Shown here piece by piece: positions 1 to 8,582 of a stretch of DNA of 32,000 nucleotides. Position numbers and translations under genes: made by a program. How positions within the stretch are numbered: the first letter of the stretch is position 1; each line of letters starts with the position of its first letter. Below the pieces are notes generated by a model. It was not told the origin of the DNA and did not search any database. It was given only the letters and a program-made list of their open reading frames with translations. Origin of the DNA: Thermoproteus tenax Kra 1 (GTDB lineage Archaea > Thermoproteota > Thermoprotei > Thermoproteales > Thermoproteaceae); NCBI RefSeq assembly GCF_000253055.1, contig NC_016070.1, forward strand, positions 1,080,001-1,112,000, written 5' to 3'.

Positions 1-236
1 GGGCCAAGTCGACGGCGAGGTCGCCCCCCTCACCCCCTCCTCATGCCCGACGGAGAGCTACCGCCCTACCTAGAGCTAATCCCAGAGGGCCAGTGCCCCG
101 CGGAGGGCCTCTGCAAGGCCAGAGCCGTCCAGTGGGGCCTCGGCTTCAGCGAGGTCTGCCGCGAGAGGAGGCCCATGTACCCCGCGCTGCCCCCCGGCAC
201 TGTCCTCAGAGCCAGGGGCTGCCCTCGCAACGTGGG

Positions 237-1523
237 CTATCTGGCGGAGCTCGGCTTCGGCTCCCTTGCGGAGCTCAGACATTTGAACGTCTCCTTGTCC
301 ACCTCGACTACTGCCTCGCCGCCGGACTCCCGGCAGACCGTCGTGTAGTGCGCCAGAAGGCCTGCGTGGGCTATGAAGTGTCTGGAGGCATCGCCGCAGA
401 CGTCCCCCCGCTCAGGGAGGTCAAAGGGGAGAAGCTCGGCGTACCTCCTACACTCCCCAGCGCTGAGTTTCTGCGCCGCCGTGTAGAGCCGGTTCAGCTC
501 CGCCTTGGCCACCGCCCGCGCCGTCGGGCCCAACCTGTCCACCAGCCCCCACTGCATGAGCCCCTTCAGCCACACGCGGGAGCCCCCCGCGAGGAGTCCC
601 CTAGCTCCCTCGCTTGCCGCCACCGCCAACAGCAGCTCGTAGAGCCTCTCGGGGGCCGCGGATTGGGCTCCCCCGCGCTGAGCCGGGCCTCTGTCGTCGG
701 ATGACCTCGCCTTTCTGTCGACAATCTGGTACGCCACCGCCCTCCCCTCGCACCTCAGCTCTACCTCGAGCTCAGGCTCCTCAGCCCCGGCCGAGAGGAG
801 GGCGAAGTGGAGCGGGGCCCCGTAGTAGAGGGCGCGCCCGAGGTCGGTCTCCGGAGGCTGCGGGAACAAGATCGAGTCGAAGGTCTCGGAGTAGACCTTG
901 GCCAACTGCCACGTGCCGGGGAGCGCGTTGTAGGCCTTCAACACAGCTCTCTCGAAGCCCCGGGCAAGCGCGAGAGACGCGAGGAGCCGGGCCGCGTGGA
1001 GGGCTACGGCGGGCATGAAGTTGATCCCGTGGGTAATGTCGAGGTAGATATCCAGCTGGCCCTTCGGCTCCAACCCCTTGAGGACCCTCCAGAGGCCCAT
1101 CAGGAGCTCCCACAACACTAGGTCGGGCCACCCCCGGAACTCCCAGCCCCCCAGCCTCCCCAGCGCCGCCACGACCACCGGCTCGGCCTCTACGCCGGCC
1201 TTCCCAGCCAGCCTCCTCACATACTCGCGCGCCCTCAGCCGCCACTCGCCGCAGTCCGGAGGCCCGACGATGTACTTGGCTCTGCCCGTGCCCCCCTCTG
1301 CAACCTCCTCCACAGGCAGGCCGGCCTCCCGCGCCGCCTCAGCGGCCGCTCTGTTGTTCCCCTCCGCTGCAACCACGCTGTCTAGGGCCACTACTACGCG
1401 GGCGTCGGCCTCGGCGCAGACAGACGATGTGAAGCTCCTCGCCCTCCGCCCGTCTCCACAGTCATACTCTACCTCAGACCAAGCCAGCGGGTTGCCCCAC
1501 GTCGCAATGTAGAGCCTAGCCAT
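237..1523 (-). CDS. csx1: Csx1-family CRISPR-associated protein (CARF domain, putative C-terminal HEPN ribonuclease)
   Basis: 428 aa ORF; contains 'LDIYLDITHGINFMP' (DxTHGxN motif of the Csx1/DxTHG family) and a C-terminal 'SRHFIAHAG' (R-x4-H HEPN-type motif); adjacent to a CRISPR leader. Confidence 0.85.
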   Translation of the reverse strand: MARLYIATWGNPLAWSEVEYDCGDGRRARSFTSSVCAEADARVVVALDSVVAAEGNNRAAAEAAREAGLPVEEVAEGGTGRAKYIVGPPDCGEWRLRAREYVRRLAGKAGVEAEPVVVAALGRLGGWEFRGWPDLVLWELLMGLWRVLKGLEPKGQLDIYLDITHGINFMPAVALHAARLLASLALARGFERAVLKAYNALPGTWQLAKVYSETFDSILFPQPPETDLGRALYYGAPLHFALLSAGAEEPELEVELRCEGRAVAYQIVDRKARSSDDRGPAQRGGAQSAAPERLYELLLAVAASEGARGLLAGGSRVWLKGLMQWGLVDRLGPTARAVAKAELNRLYTAAQKLSAGECRRYAELLPFDLPERGDVCGDASRHFIAHAGLLAHYTTVCRESGGEAVVEVDKETFKCLSSAREPKPSSAR

Positions 1524-1564
1524 GCTACCACCAACGGACTGTATTAAAGATATACTTCACCGAC

Positions 1565-1875
1565 CTATATATCCTAAATAATTCTCGGCGTTTAAAAATC
1601 GTCGTGCAACTTGCCCTTTCCTTCTGTAAAATAGTTCTACTCCTCCGCCGTTGTATCTCTGTAAAGCGGGGATCCCGCATATAAATCGCCGTGCGGAAGC
1701 ACGGCGCTCGGCGATGCCGAGGGTCGGACGCACGCTTTCAACTGCCGGACGCAGGACCCAACCGTGTAGAACAGGCAAAGCCCTCCCCGGGGCAACACAA
1801 GGTCGCGCCGGGACCAAGACAAAGACCCGCAGAGGAAAACTTAAAAATCGGCAGAAACTAAAGACCAGGAGGCCC
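1565..1875 (+). promoter_or_regulatory. CRISPR leader of array A (~311 bp)
   Basis: Begins CTATATATCCTAAATAATTC..., near-identical to sequences preceding arrays B and C; contains GTTTAAAAATC, GGGATCCC, and a TATA-like ACTTAAAAAT ~33 bp upstream of repeat 1; ends AGGCCCG at the first repeat. Confidence 0.85.
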
Positions 1876-3991
1876 GGAATCTCAAAGAGAGGATTGAAAG
1901 TCTGGACTGTGTGTTGCAACAGCGAAGTCGCGAACACCTCGACGAATCTCAAAGAGAGGATTGAAAGCGTTGATGTGGCCGGGACTGGCTGACTCAGCTA
2001 TTACGTTGAATCTCAAAGAGAGGATTGAAAGACTTCAAGGCGTGCTTGCTGGCGTTTTAGGCGACGATGAGCTGAATCTCAAAGAGAGGATTGAAAGCTC
2101 TTTTTCCTGCCCCGTTCTTCCAACTCTTCGCCGGTCGTGAATCTCAAAGAGAGGATTGAAAGCCGAGTAGCCGACGGCGCGTCCGCTCACTTAAGATCTC
2201 AGAATCTCAAAGAGAGGATTGAAAGTGTGATAGATGAGATAGACAAAATCAAGTTCAGCACCACGTGAATCTCAAAGAGAGGATTGAAAGGCGCACTAAT
2301 TACCGCCCCGGCGCAGGATTACCAATCTTGCCGGGCCGGTTGAATCTCAAAGAGAGGATTGAAAGTTGGTCTCAGGCGCGCGGTAGCCTTCCAGCTGTAC
2401 GACCAACTCGATGAATCTCAAAGAGAGGATTGAAAGTCCGGAGGAGGCGGCGAAGAGGATGATAGAGTTGGCCAGGCTGGGAATCTCAAAGAGAGGATTG
2501 AAAGGGCATGATTGGTTGCGCCGGGAGCTCTGGGATGTGATCCGCCAGAATCTCAAAGAGAGGATTGAAAGCTACTTGGAGTATGCCGGTCAAATTCGGT
2601 GGGGCGGACGTCGTACCGAATCTCAAAGAGAGGATTGAAAGTTTGTTGAAATAATCACCGTAACCCAGGCTTTCCAACCATCTTGAATCTCAAAGAGAGG
2701 ATTGAAAGATCGCTTGTCCAACCGGGCTCCTCTATAATTGTCGTCATTAGCTTAGAATCTCAAAGAGAGGATTGAAAGACTGGATCATCGATGGGCAGAA
2801 TGCGGGCGTGTCGGCTATATGGAATCTCAAAGAGAGGATTGAAAGCAAGTCGTCGAGAAGTATTTTGGTCTGCTGAAGCAGTACGGTTTCGGAATCTCAA
2901 AGAGAGGATTGAAAGGTACCACGACATCAGCCATGTGACTGTTGCGCCTAGCTCAATCTCGAATCTCAAAGAGAGGATTGAAAGACTTGAATTTCAACAA
3001 TGTCACCAGCACATATGTCCAGGCTAGGGAATCTCAAAGAGAGGATTGAAAGATTTTTATTCCTCATAAACATGGTCTCAAGGTCAGAACTAAGCCGAAT
3101 CTCAAAGAGAGGATTGAAAGAATGGCTCCAAGGGATCGTTCTCTAGACTCCAATTTTTCTAATGAATCTCAAAGAGAGGATTGAAAGTTTGTCGACGGGA
3201 TCTTGCGACATGCGGTACGCTGCAGTGTCGGAATCTCAAAGAGAGGATTGAAAGGCTCCACCGACCAGTACCCATATAGCGTGAACTCTTTCGCCGGAGA
3301 ATCTCAAAGAGAGGATTGAAAGAGTGCGCAGACCCCTGCACAGGCCGGCGTCCTTCACAAAAGAATCTCAAAGAGAGGATTGAAAGATGTAGAGCTTGAC
3401 CGGCGCCCCAGGATAGGGCACCGGGCCGGAATCTCAAAGAGAGGATTGAAAGTCTGTATCCCGCCGGCGCGTGGAGAAGGCGTTTCTCCACAACGTCGTC
3501 CTCGAATCTCAAAGAGAGGATTGAAAGTCGAGGACGATGTAGTCGGGATTGCTCGCGTTTATCAGCTTGAGAATCTCAAAGAGAGGATTGAAAGCTCGTG
3601 GATACTCCAAGCGAAAGAGTTCACGTTATACGGCTACGAATCTCAAAGAGAGGATTGAAAGTCCACAAGCCTCACGGCCGTCTTCACGGCGCGGCCCGGT
3701 CTGACGGGAATCTCAAAGAGAGGATTGAAAGGGGATATACTACACGGCCCTGCGCGTCATCGGGAACAAGCGCATGGGAATCTCAAAGAGAGGATTGAAA
3801 GTATTCCGTAGATTCCGGCGTAAAAGGTCTGGGCGGCGATGAATCTCAAAGAGAGGATTGAAAGCCGTGCACCTATGACTTTCAAGTACTCAAGGACGTT
3901 AGGAATCTCAAAGAGAGGATTGAAAGAACGCTTGGACAAATACCGTACCGCTACCCTCATATTGATAGAATCTCAAAGAGAGGATTGAAAG
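1876..3991 (+). CRISPR. CRISPR array A: 32 repeats of GAATCTCAAAGAGAGGATTGAAAG, 31 spacers of ~38-52 nt
   Basis: Direct counting of the 24-nt repeat from 1876..1899 to 3968..3991. Confidence 0.99.
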
Positions 3992-4034
3992 GGGATATAC
4001 GTCTCGGATTAAGCATAGCAGCTTCACCTCTGCG

Positions 4035-4117
4035 GAATCTATATGGTTTGAAAGGTCTCGAGTATAGACTACACGCCGAACTTTACATACTGAGCCTCAA
4101 AGCGAGCTCGTTGAAAG
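4035..4117 (+). repeat. Two degenerate terminal repeats at the leader-distal end of array A
   Basis: 4035-4054 GAATCTATATGGTTTGAAAG and 4092-4117 GAGCCTCAAAGCGAGCTCGTTGAAAG retain both ends of the repeat; separated by spacer-sized gaps (43 nt and 37 nt). Confidence 0.65.
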
Positions 4118-4202
4118 CCGGCGTGCGGCGCTTGTTCCAACGTGAGTTGGTCTAATGGAGGTCGGGGGCGTTGAAGGGAGTTTAGGCCGGCGCCGTGAGG
4201 GG

Positions 4203-4775
4203 CTAGATTTTTTCCACTGTTGTTGGCAGGTGGCTGCACCATTTTCTGTACCAACAGTTTTGGCATTTCGCCGGATTTGGGTTTAGGACCGGCGGCTTCC
4301 CCTGGAGTATCTGTTGTAGCCTCGAGACTGCGTAGTTGAGGAGCTCCTGTAGGTCTTTGGCCATGCGTATCTGGGCTATCTGGCCGCTCTCAGCGTAGTA
4401 TATATAGGCTGTGGCGACAGCCCTTCCGTACGCCCTCTGCACCATGGCGATGTAGGCGGCGGCTTGCGCCTTGTGGTGTATGGGGATGCGGCGGGGCCTC
4501 GCCGCGGCCTTCACCTCGAGGGGGCTCGGCCTTCCGTTGATCCAGAGTACGGCGTCCACTGTGCCGCATAAGGGCGGGGCGGTTATGTGGACGGAGTATT
4601 CGGCCCTCTCGGCGCCCAGGGCTTTGGCGGCGGCTTGTGCGGCCTCCTGCTGGATCTCTCTGCCCCTCTGCATCCGGAGGGTGGGGGGCTCTGGGGCGCC
4701 CGCGGCGATGTAGTAGGCGGCCATGGGGCAGTAGAGGTACTGACGTATTAGGCTCGGGTTAATGCAGAGCGACAT
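4203..4775 (-). CDS. cas4: Cas4 (RecB-like exonuclease, Fe-S cysteines)
   Basis: 190 aa; N-terminal 'RQYLYCPMAAYY', 'GTVDAV...PLEVKAA' nuclease core, C-terminal 'CQNCWYRKWC' cysteine cluster. Confidence 0.92.
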   Translation of the reverse strand: MSLCINPSLIRQYLYCPMAAYYIAAGAPEPPTLRMQRGREIQQEAAQAAAKALGAERAEYSVHITAPPLCGTVDAVLWINGRPSPLEVKAAARPRRIPIHHKAQAAAYIAMVQRAYGRAVATAYIYYAESGQIAQIRMAKDLQELLNYAVSRLQQILQGKPPVLNPNPAKCQNCWYRKWCSHLPTTVEKI

Positions 4776-5031
4776 GTCCCGCGGGAGGTCTGGGGGGTAT
4801 CCTCAGGGAGGTGTCTATCGTCCTCTTGTCTACCTTGAATATGGCTATGTCGGCGTTCGCGCCTCTTACGGCCCTCGCGAGCCTTTCGGCGAGCTCCTTG
4901 ACGAGGGCCGGCGGGAGCCTGCCGACGTAGGCGGAGCGCTGGATGCGTGCTAGGCCGTAGGCCCTGAGGATGTCGGCCACCTTGGCTCTGACGTCGTTCT
5001 CCGTTATGTCGTATACCACTATTACGTACAT
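4759..5031 (-). CDS. cas2: Cas2 (from internal start within the 264 aa ORF)
   Basis: 'MYVIVVYDITENDVRAKVADILRAYGLARIQRSAYVGRL' matches the Cas2 N-terminal pattern; the ORF-track ORF 4759-5553 is an artefactual fusion with cas1 remnants. Confidence 0.88.
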   Translation of the reverse strand: MYVIVVYDITENDVRAKVADILRAYGLARIQRSAYVGRLPPALVKELAERLARAVRGANADIAIFKVDKRTIDTSLRIPPRPPAGHVALH

Positions 5032-5655
5032 ATGGAGCGCGCCAGAGCTCTGACCTCTCTGTGGATCTCGGCGGAGAGAGGCCTCTTGGCCGCGTGGAGC
5101 TCCTCCAGGACTGCGGCGGCCAGCTCCAGGCGGGACCGGCGGGTGAGTAGGCCGCCCTCGGACTCCAGCCTGTCCGCCATCTTGGCCACGACGGCGTCTA
5201 CGCGGGGTCTCCATTGCTCCATGAAGTCCAGCGCCAGGGAGGGCCTTGGCCAGAGACTCGGCGTATTGGCTGTAGCCTCTGAGGCGGCGGCGCCAGGCCT
5301 TGATGTTGTCCCTCTGGCCCAATATCTTCTTGAAGACCCAACTTTTGGCGTACTGTAGCCCTCTGCCGTCCTCCGCCGCCTTGTACTGGCACCTCCTCTT
5401 GGCCCCCGTGGCGTCTCCGACCGGCCTCATGAATATGCCCAACGGCTCTCCGCGGGGGCTGAAGACGGCGACTGTGGCCCCGGTGGCGAGGAGGGCCCTG
5501 AGCGCCCTCGTCGTTATGGATATGCCGCCGGTGAGTAGGAGGACTTCGTCCACCTCGTGCAGAGGGTACTACCTGGCGCCCTCCTTTGTCTCCACGAGGA
5601 GGAGGCCCTTCCTAGCCCTTATCTTGACGCCGTATGAGGCCACTACGACCTGCAT
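5022..5655 (-). pseudogene. cas1: Disrupted cas1 (in-frame TAG near the N-terminus, central deletion, frameshift)
   Basis: ATG at 5655 gives MQVVVASYGVKIRARKGLLLVETKEGAR*YPLHEVDEVLLLTGGISITTRALRALLATGATVAVFSPRGEPLG...; frame then changes to ...RPSLALDFMEQWRPRVDAVVAKMADR... ending at 5022. The central part bearing the EGxAxxxY Glu and the His before 'GRPSL' is absent. Confidence 0.88.
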
Positions 5656-6479
5656 ACGCTGTAGTAGGGGCACGTCTTGGGGCACTGGGGGGCGGGGCCT
5701 GGGTCTCTGGCGGAGGCGACGACGTCAATGGCCTCGTCTCTGGCCTCGAGGAACTTGGCGCGGGGCGCGTCGCCTAAGACGTAGGCAGACGCTCTGTACT
5801 CCACCTGCCCGTCCACGGCTATCTGGACGTGTATGCCGTAGTCTATGGGGACGCCGTACTCCGCCTCTATGGCCATGGCGTACCCAGCCAGCGCTACGTC
5901 CACGTTCTGGCTGGGGCCGAACTTGAACTCCACCACGGCCCCCAGCGCCACTCCGTCCGCCACGACGTAGCTGAGGCCGAGGGGGGCGCCGTCCACAGCT
6001 ATCTGGGCGGCTATGGGGGCGGCGTAGAAGGCGGCGGCGTCGCGGCTTCTGGCCAGGCGGGAGGCCAGCACGTATTGGTACTCGCCGGTGAGCCTTACGG
6101 CGATGTACCTATACAGCGCCTCGGCCTTAGCTCTGAGGTCCTCCGGCATGCCCTCGCCGGGAGGAGACATGGGAGCGCCCGAGTATACGTACCTCCTGAA
6201 GTCCTCCAGCGCCTTGAAGAGGACCGCGTGTAGGGCCTGCCCCTCGGCGAGCGGCTTGGTGGGCTGGGGCCTCTCCCCCAACACGTACTTGAGGTAGAGG
6301 CTCCTCCCCGTGGGGCAGTAGCCGTAGGCGAAGTCGGAGAGGGCGAGGCCTAGGTAGGCGGGGGGTTTGACCGGCTGTCTGTCGTAGGCCCAGCCCCTCA
6401 GCTCCGGCGAAACCTCGGCGGGGCCCTGGGTGACCTTGGCCCTCCTCAGAAGGCGGGCGATCTCCAGGAGTGTCAACAC
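5643..6479 (-). CDS. csa1: Csa1 (Cas4-like subtype I-A protein)
   Basis: 278 aa; 'YGYCPTGRSLYLKYVLGE', RecB-like core 'LGAVVEFKFG', C-terminal 'CPKTCPYYSVC'; position in the csa1-cas1-cas2-cas4 order. Confidence 0.85.
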   Translation of the reverse strand: MLTLLEIARLLRRAKVTQGPAEVSPELRGWAYDRQPVKPPAYLGLALSDFAYGYCPTGRSLYLKYVLGERPQPTKPLAEGQALHAVLFKALEDFRRYVYSGAPMSPPGEGMPEDLRAKAEALYRYIAVRLTGEYQYVLASRLARSRDAAAFYAAPIAAQIAVDGAPLGLSYVVADGVALGAVVEFKFGPSQNVDVALAGYAMAIEAEYGVPIDYGIHVQIAVDGQVEYRASAYVLGDAPRAKFLEARDEAIDVVASARDPGPAPQCPKTCPYYSVCRS

Positions 6480-6552
6480 GAAGTTTTGATGAGGTGTAGT
6501 GAAATCCTTTTTCGTCTACAAGGTTTATATCTCGGGTTGCAGGTGGCTTGCA

Positions 6553-7167
6553 ATGAGGATGGGCATCACGGTGGGGTTTGAGCACAGGTTCGCGGTGCGG
6601 GCTCTCGCCAAGCTGGGGCCGGCCGATGAGTACATCTTTCTCTACGCCTACACCGGCAGAGATGAGGACTCGAGGTCGGAGAGCACCGTGAGGGAGCTGA
6701 TAGCCGCGTTCGGGAGGGGGGCGGGATTCAGGGTGGATCTGACCAAGCCCAGCGAGGCGTTGGAGCAGATCTACGGCCTGGGGCTGGAGAGGGTCGTGTT
6801 GGCGGGCGGTCCTAGGTTGCTGGTGCTCCTCGCTCTATTGGCCTCCCTCCTCCGGAGATCCGAGGTATATGTCCTCCCGGAGTACTCCGCGGAGCCCCTG
6901 GATTTGACCCCCCTCACCGCGTTATGCGACCTCTGCAGGCTCAGCCCGGCGAAGCTGGGCATAGTGGCCTCAGTCAGCGGGAGGGTGGGGATAGACGACG
7001 TGGCGCAGTTGGTGGGCCGGGACTCGACGACTGTGGCGAGGTACCTCAAGGACCTAAGCGAGGCGGGGATTGTGAAGTCCCTCGGCGGCAGGAGGAGGGA
7101 GTACTTCGTCGACCCGCTCCTCACCACAGTTGCTCGTCTTATGCAAAACAGAGCTGGATCTTTGTAG
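6553..7167 (+). CDS. csa3: Csa3 transcriptional regulator (CARF + winged HTH)
   Basis: ORF 6499-7167; likely start MRMGITVGF at 6553, with TTTATAT at 6524-6530 about 26 bp upstream; C-terminal wHTH 'VDDVAQLVGRDSTTVARYLKDLSEAGIV'-like region; divergent from csa1. Confidence 0.85.
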   Translation: MRMGITVGFEHRFAVRALAKLGPADEYIFLYAYTGRDEDSRSESTVRELIAAFGRGAGFRVDLTKPSEALEQIYGLGLERVVLAGGPRLLVLLALLASLLRRSEVYVLPEYSAEPLDLTPLTALCDLCRLSPAKLGIVASVSGRVGIDDVAQLVGRDSTTVARYLKDLSEAGIVKSLGGRRREYFVDPLLTTVARLMQNRAGSL

Positions 7168-7203
7168 ACAGTAATTCTTAATAATTATTGTATTCTCTTC
7201 CCC

Positions 7204-7596
7204 ATGGAGTCTGTACAACTCAAGAAGGAAGAGCTAGTGGAGCGGGCCGCCCGCTCCGTAAGGCCGGCCGTACATCTGGAGATGGCCTACGATGTGTTGG
7301 ACGAGCTCTCCAGATCCCCTGAGAAGTACCCGGAGCAGTTGGCAAAGCTCTCGAGGATCGTTGTGAAGGTGCTGAACGACGTAGAGGATGAGCTCGAACA
7401 CAATCCCCAGAACGAGGAATTACAGAAGGCCAGGAATAGGCTGGCGGCTTGGGGCGGATACGTGGCCGAGCTCGCCAAGCGCCTTGAGGAGGCGGATGAC
7501 AGAGAGAGGATCCGGATGGTGAGGCTCTTCTGCGCCATGGCCCTAGCTCCCGACAAACTGACTGTAGAGCTGAAGAAGCTGCTTAAGGGGCGATGA
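7204..7596 (+). CDS. csa5: Csa5-like small subunit of the type I-A Cascade
   Basis: 130 aa helical protein immediately upstream of, and overlapping by 4 nt, cas7; assignment mainly by position and size. Confidence 0.7.
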   Translation: MESVQLKKEELVERAARSVRPAVHLEMAYDVLDELSRSPEKYPEQLAKLSRIVVKVLNDVEDELEHNPQNEELQKARNRLAAWGGYVAELAKRLEEADDRERIRMVRLFCAMALAPDKLTVELKKLLKGR

Positions 7597-8582
7597 GGGT
7601 GGCTCCCCCCTACGTTAGGGCCGCGGGCCGCTTCGAGGCGCAGCTGTCGGTCTTGACCGGCGCCGGCAACATGGGCAACTACAACATGCACGCCGTGGCC
7701 AAGGTGATTCACGGCGGGAAAGCCTACGAAGTGCCCGTGTTGACTGGGAACGCTCTGAAGCACTGGCACTCGGTGTATCTGGCCGAGGTGTACCAAGACC
7801 TCGGGGGGACGCAGCTGAACGAATTCTGCAAGAAGGGGGTGGGGCTGAGGGGGAAGAACATGAGCGGCGAGGACGCCTCCAGCGAGGCCGAGGCCATTAA
7901 AGACCTCTGCAACGACCTCCACGGCTTCCTCCTCCCTGACAAGCAGATCAAGCGCGACAGCCTCGTGAGGGTGTCCTTCGCGGTGCCGGTGCTGGAGGAG
8001 AAGAACCTCGAGGCGGCGAGCAAATTCGCCGTGGTCCACAACAGGGTGGACCCCTTCAAGAGGACGCAGCAGGTGAAGTCCAAGGAGGAGCAGGAGGGGA
8101 CGGAGATGATGGTCTTCAAACAGGAGTACTCATCGGCGGTCTACGGCTTCGCGGCGGCCATGGACCTCGGGCTCTCCGGAGTGCCGCTCTACCAGGAGGG
8201 AGAAAGTGGTGTAGACGATAGGGAGAGAGCGCTGAGGATAAAGTCGGCGCTTGTGGCTCTGCTACGGCTGTTCAACGGAGTTGGCTCTAAGCAGGCGCGC
8301 GCCCTCCCCATCGCAAGGCTTAGGGAGCTGGTGATCGCAATATCGGACTCGCCCATCCCCAACCTCGTACACGGCGCGTATCCAGACTACGTCGCAAGGT
8401 CGGCGGAGCTCCTGACGGCGTATTTAAAGGCTGTGGGGAAGAAGGGGGTCGTGCTGTGCTACGGCGTCGACTGCCCGCAGAGCAACAACGTCCTCGAGTG
8501 TAAAAAGGCCGACACGTTGGACGACCTATTTCAAGAGGCCCTTAGGAGGGCTCTGCCGGGGGGGCAACCCGCTAGGAGGTGA
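7593..8582 (+). CDS. cas7: Cas7 (Csa2/DevR family)
   Basis: 329 aa; 'GRFEAQLSVLTGAGNMGNYNMH...VPVLTGNALKHWHSVYLAE' typical of Cas7/Csa2; overlaps cas5 by 4 nt. Confidence 0.93.
   Translation: MRVAPPYVRAAGRFEAQLSVLTGAGNMGNYNMHAVAKVIHGGKAYEVPVLTGNALKHWHSVYLAEVYQDLGGTQLNEFCKKGVGLRGKNMSGEDASSEAEAIKDLCNDLHGFLLPDKQIKRDSLVRVSFAVPVLEEKNLEAASKFAVVHNRVDPFKRTQQVKSKEEQEGTEMMVFKQEYSSAVYGFAAAMDLGLSGVPLYQEGESGVDDRERALRIKSALVALLRLFNGVGSKQARALPIARLRELVIAISDSPIPNLVHGAYPDYVARSAELLTAYLKAVGKKGVVLCYGVDCPQSNNVLECKKADTLDDLFQEALRRALPGGQPARR

Noticed and set aside
43-348. Small ORFs at the left edge (43-348 +, 76-282 -)
   Set aside because: No recognisable motif, overlap each other and the csx1 3' end; insufficient support to call a gene without upstream context.
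2846-2891. 11-nt CGTCGAGAAGT shared between an array A spacer and an array C spacer (23230-23274)
   Set aside because: Too short and without extended or codon-level similarity, unlike the 3528/23435 pair; likely chance.
2347-3960. ORFs with repeated 'LSILSLRFR', 'NLKERIES' and 'ISKRGLK' peptides (also at 15672-17223 and 22981-24167)
   Set aside because: They are translations of the CRISPR repeats in different frames, not proteins.
4759-5553. 264 aa ORF as a natural Cas1-Cas2 fusion
   Set aside because: The middle 'RRRRRGQDGGQAGVRGRPTHPP...' is out-of-frame cas1 C-terminal sequence; the real Cas1 C-terminus is in another frame (5022-5222) and Cas2 has its own start at 5031.
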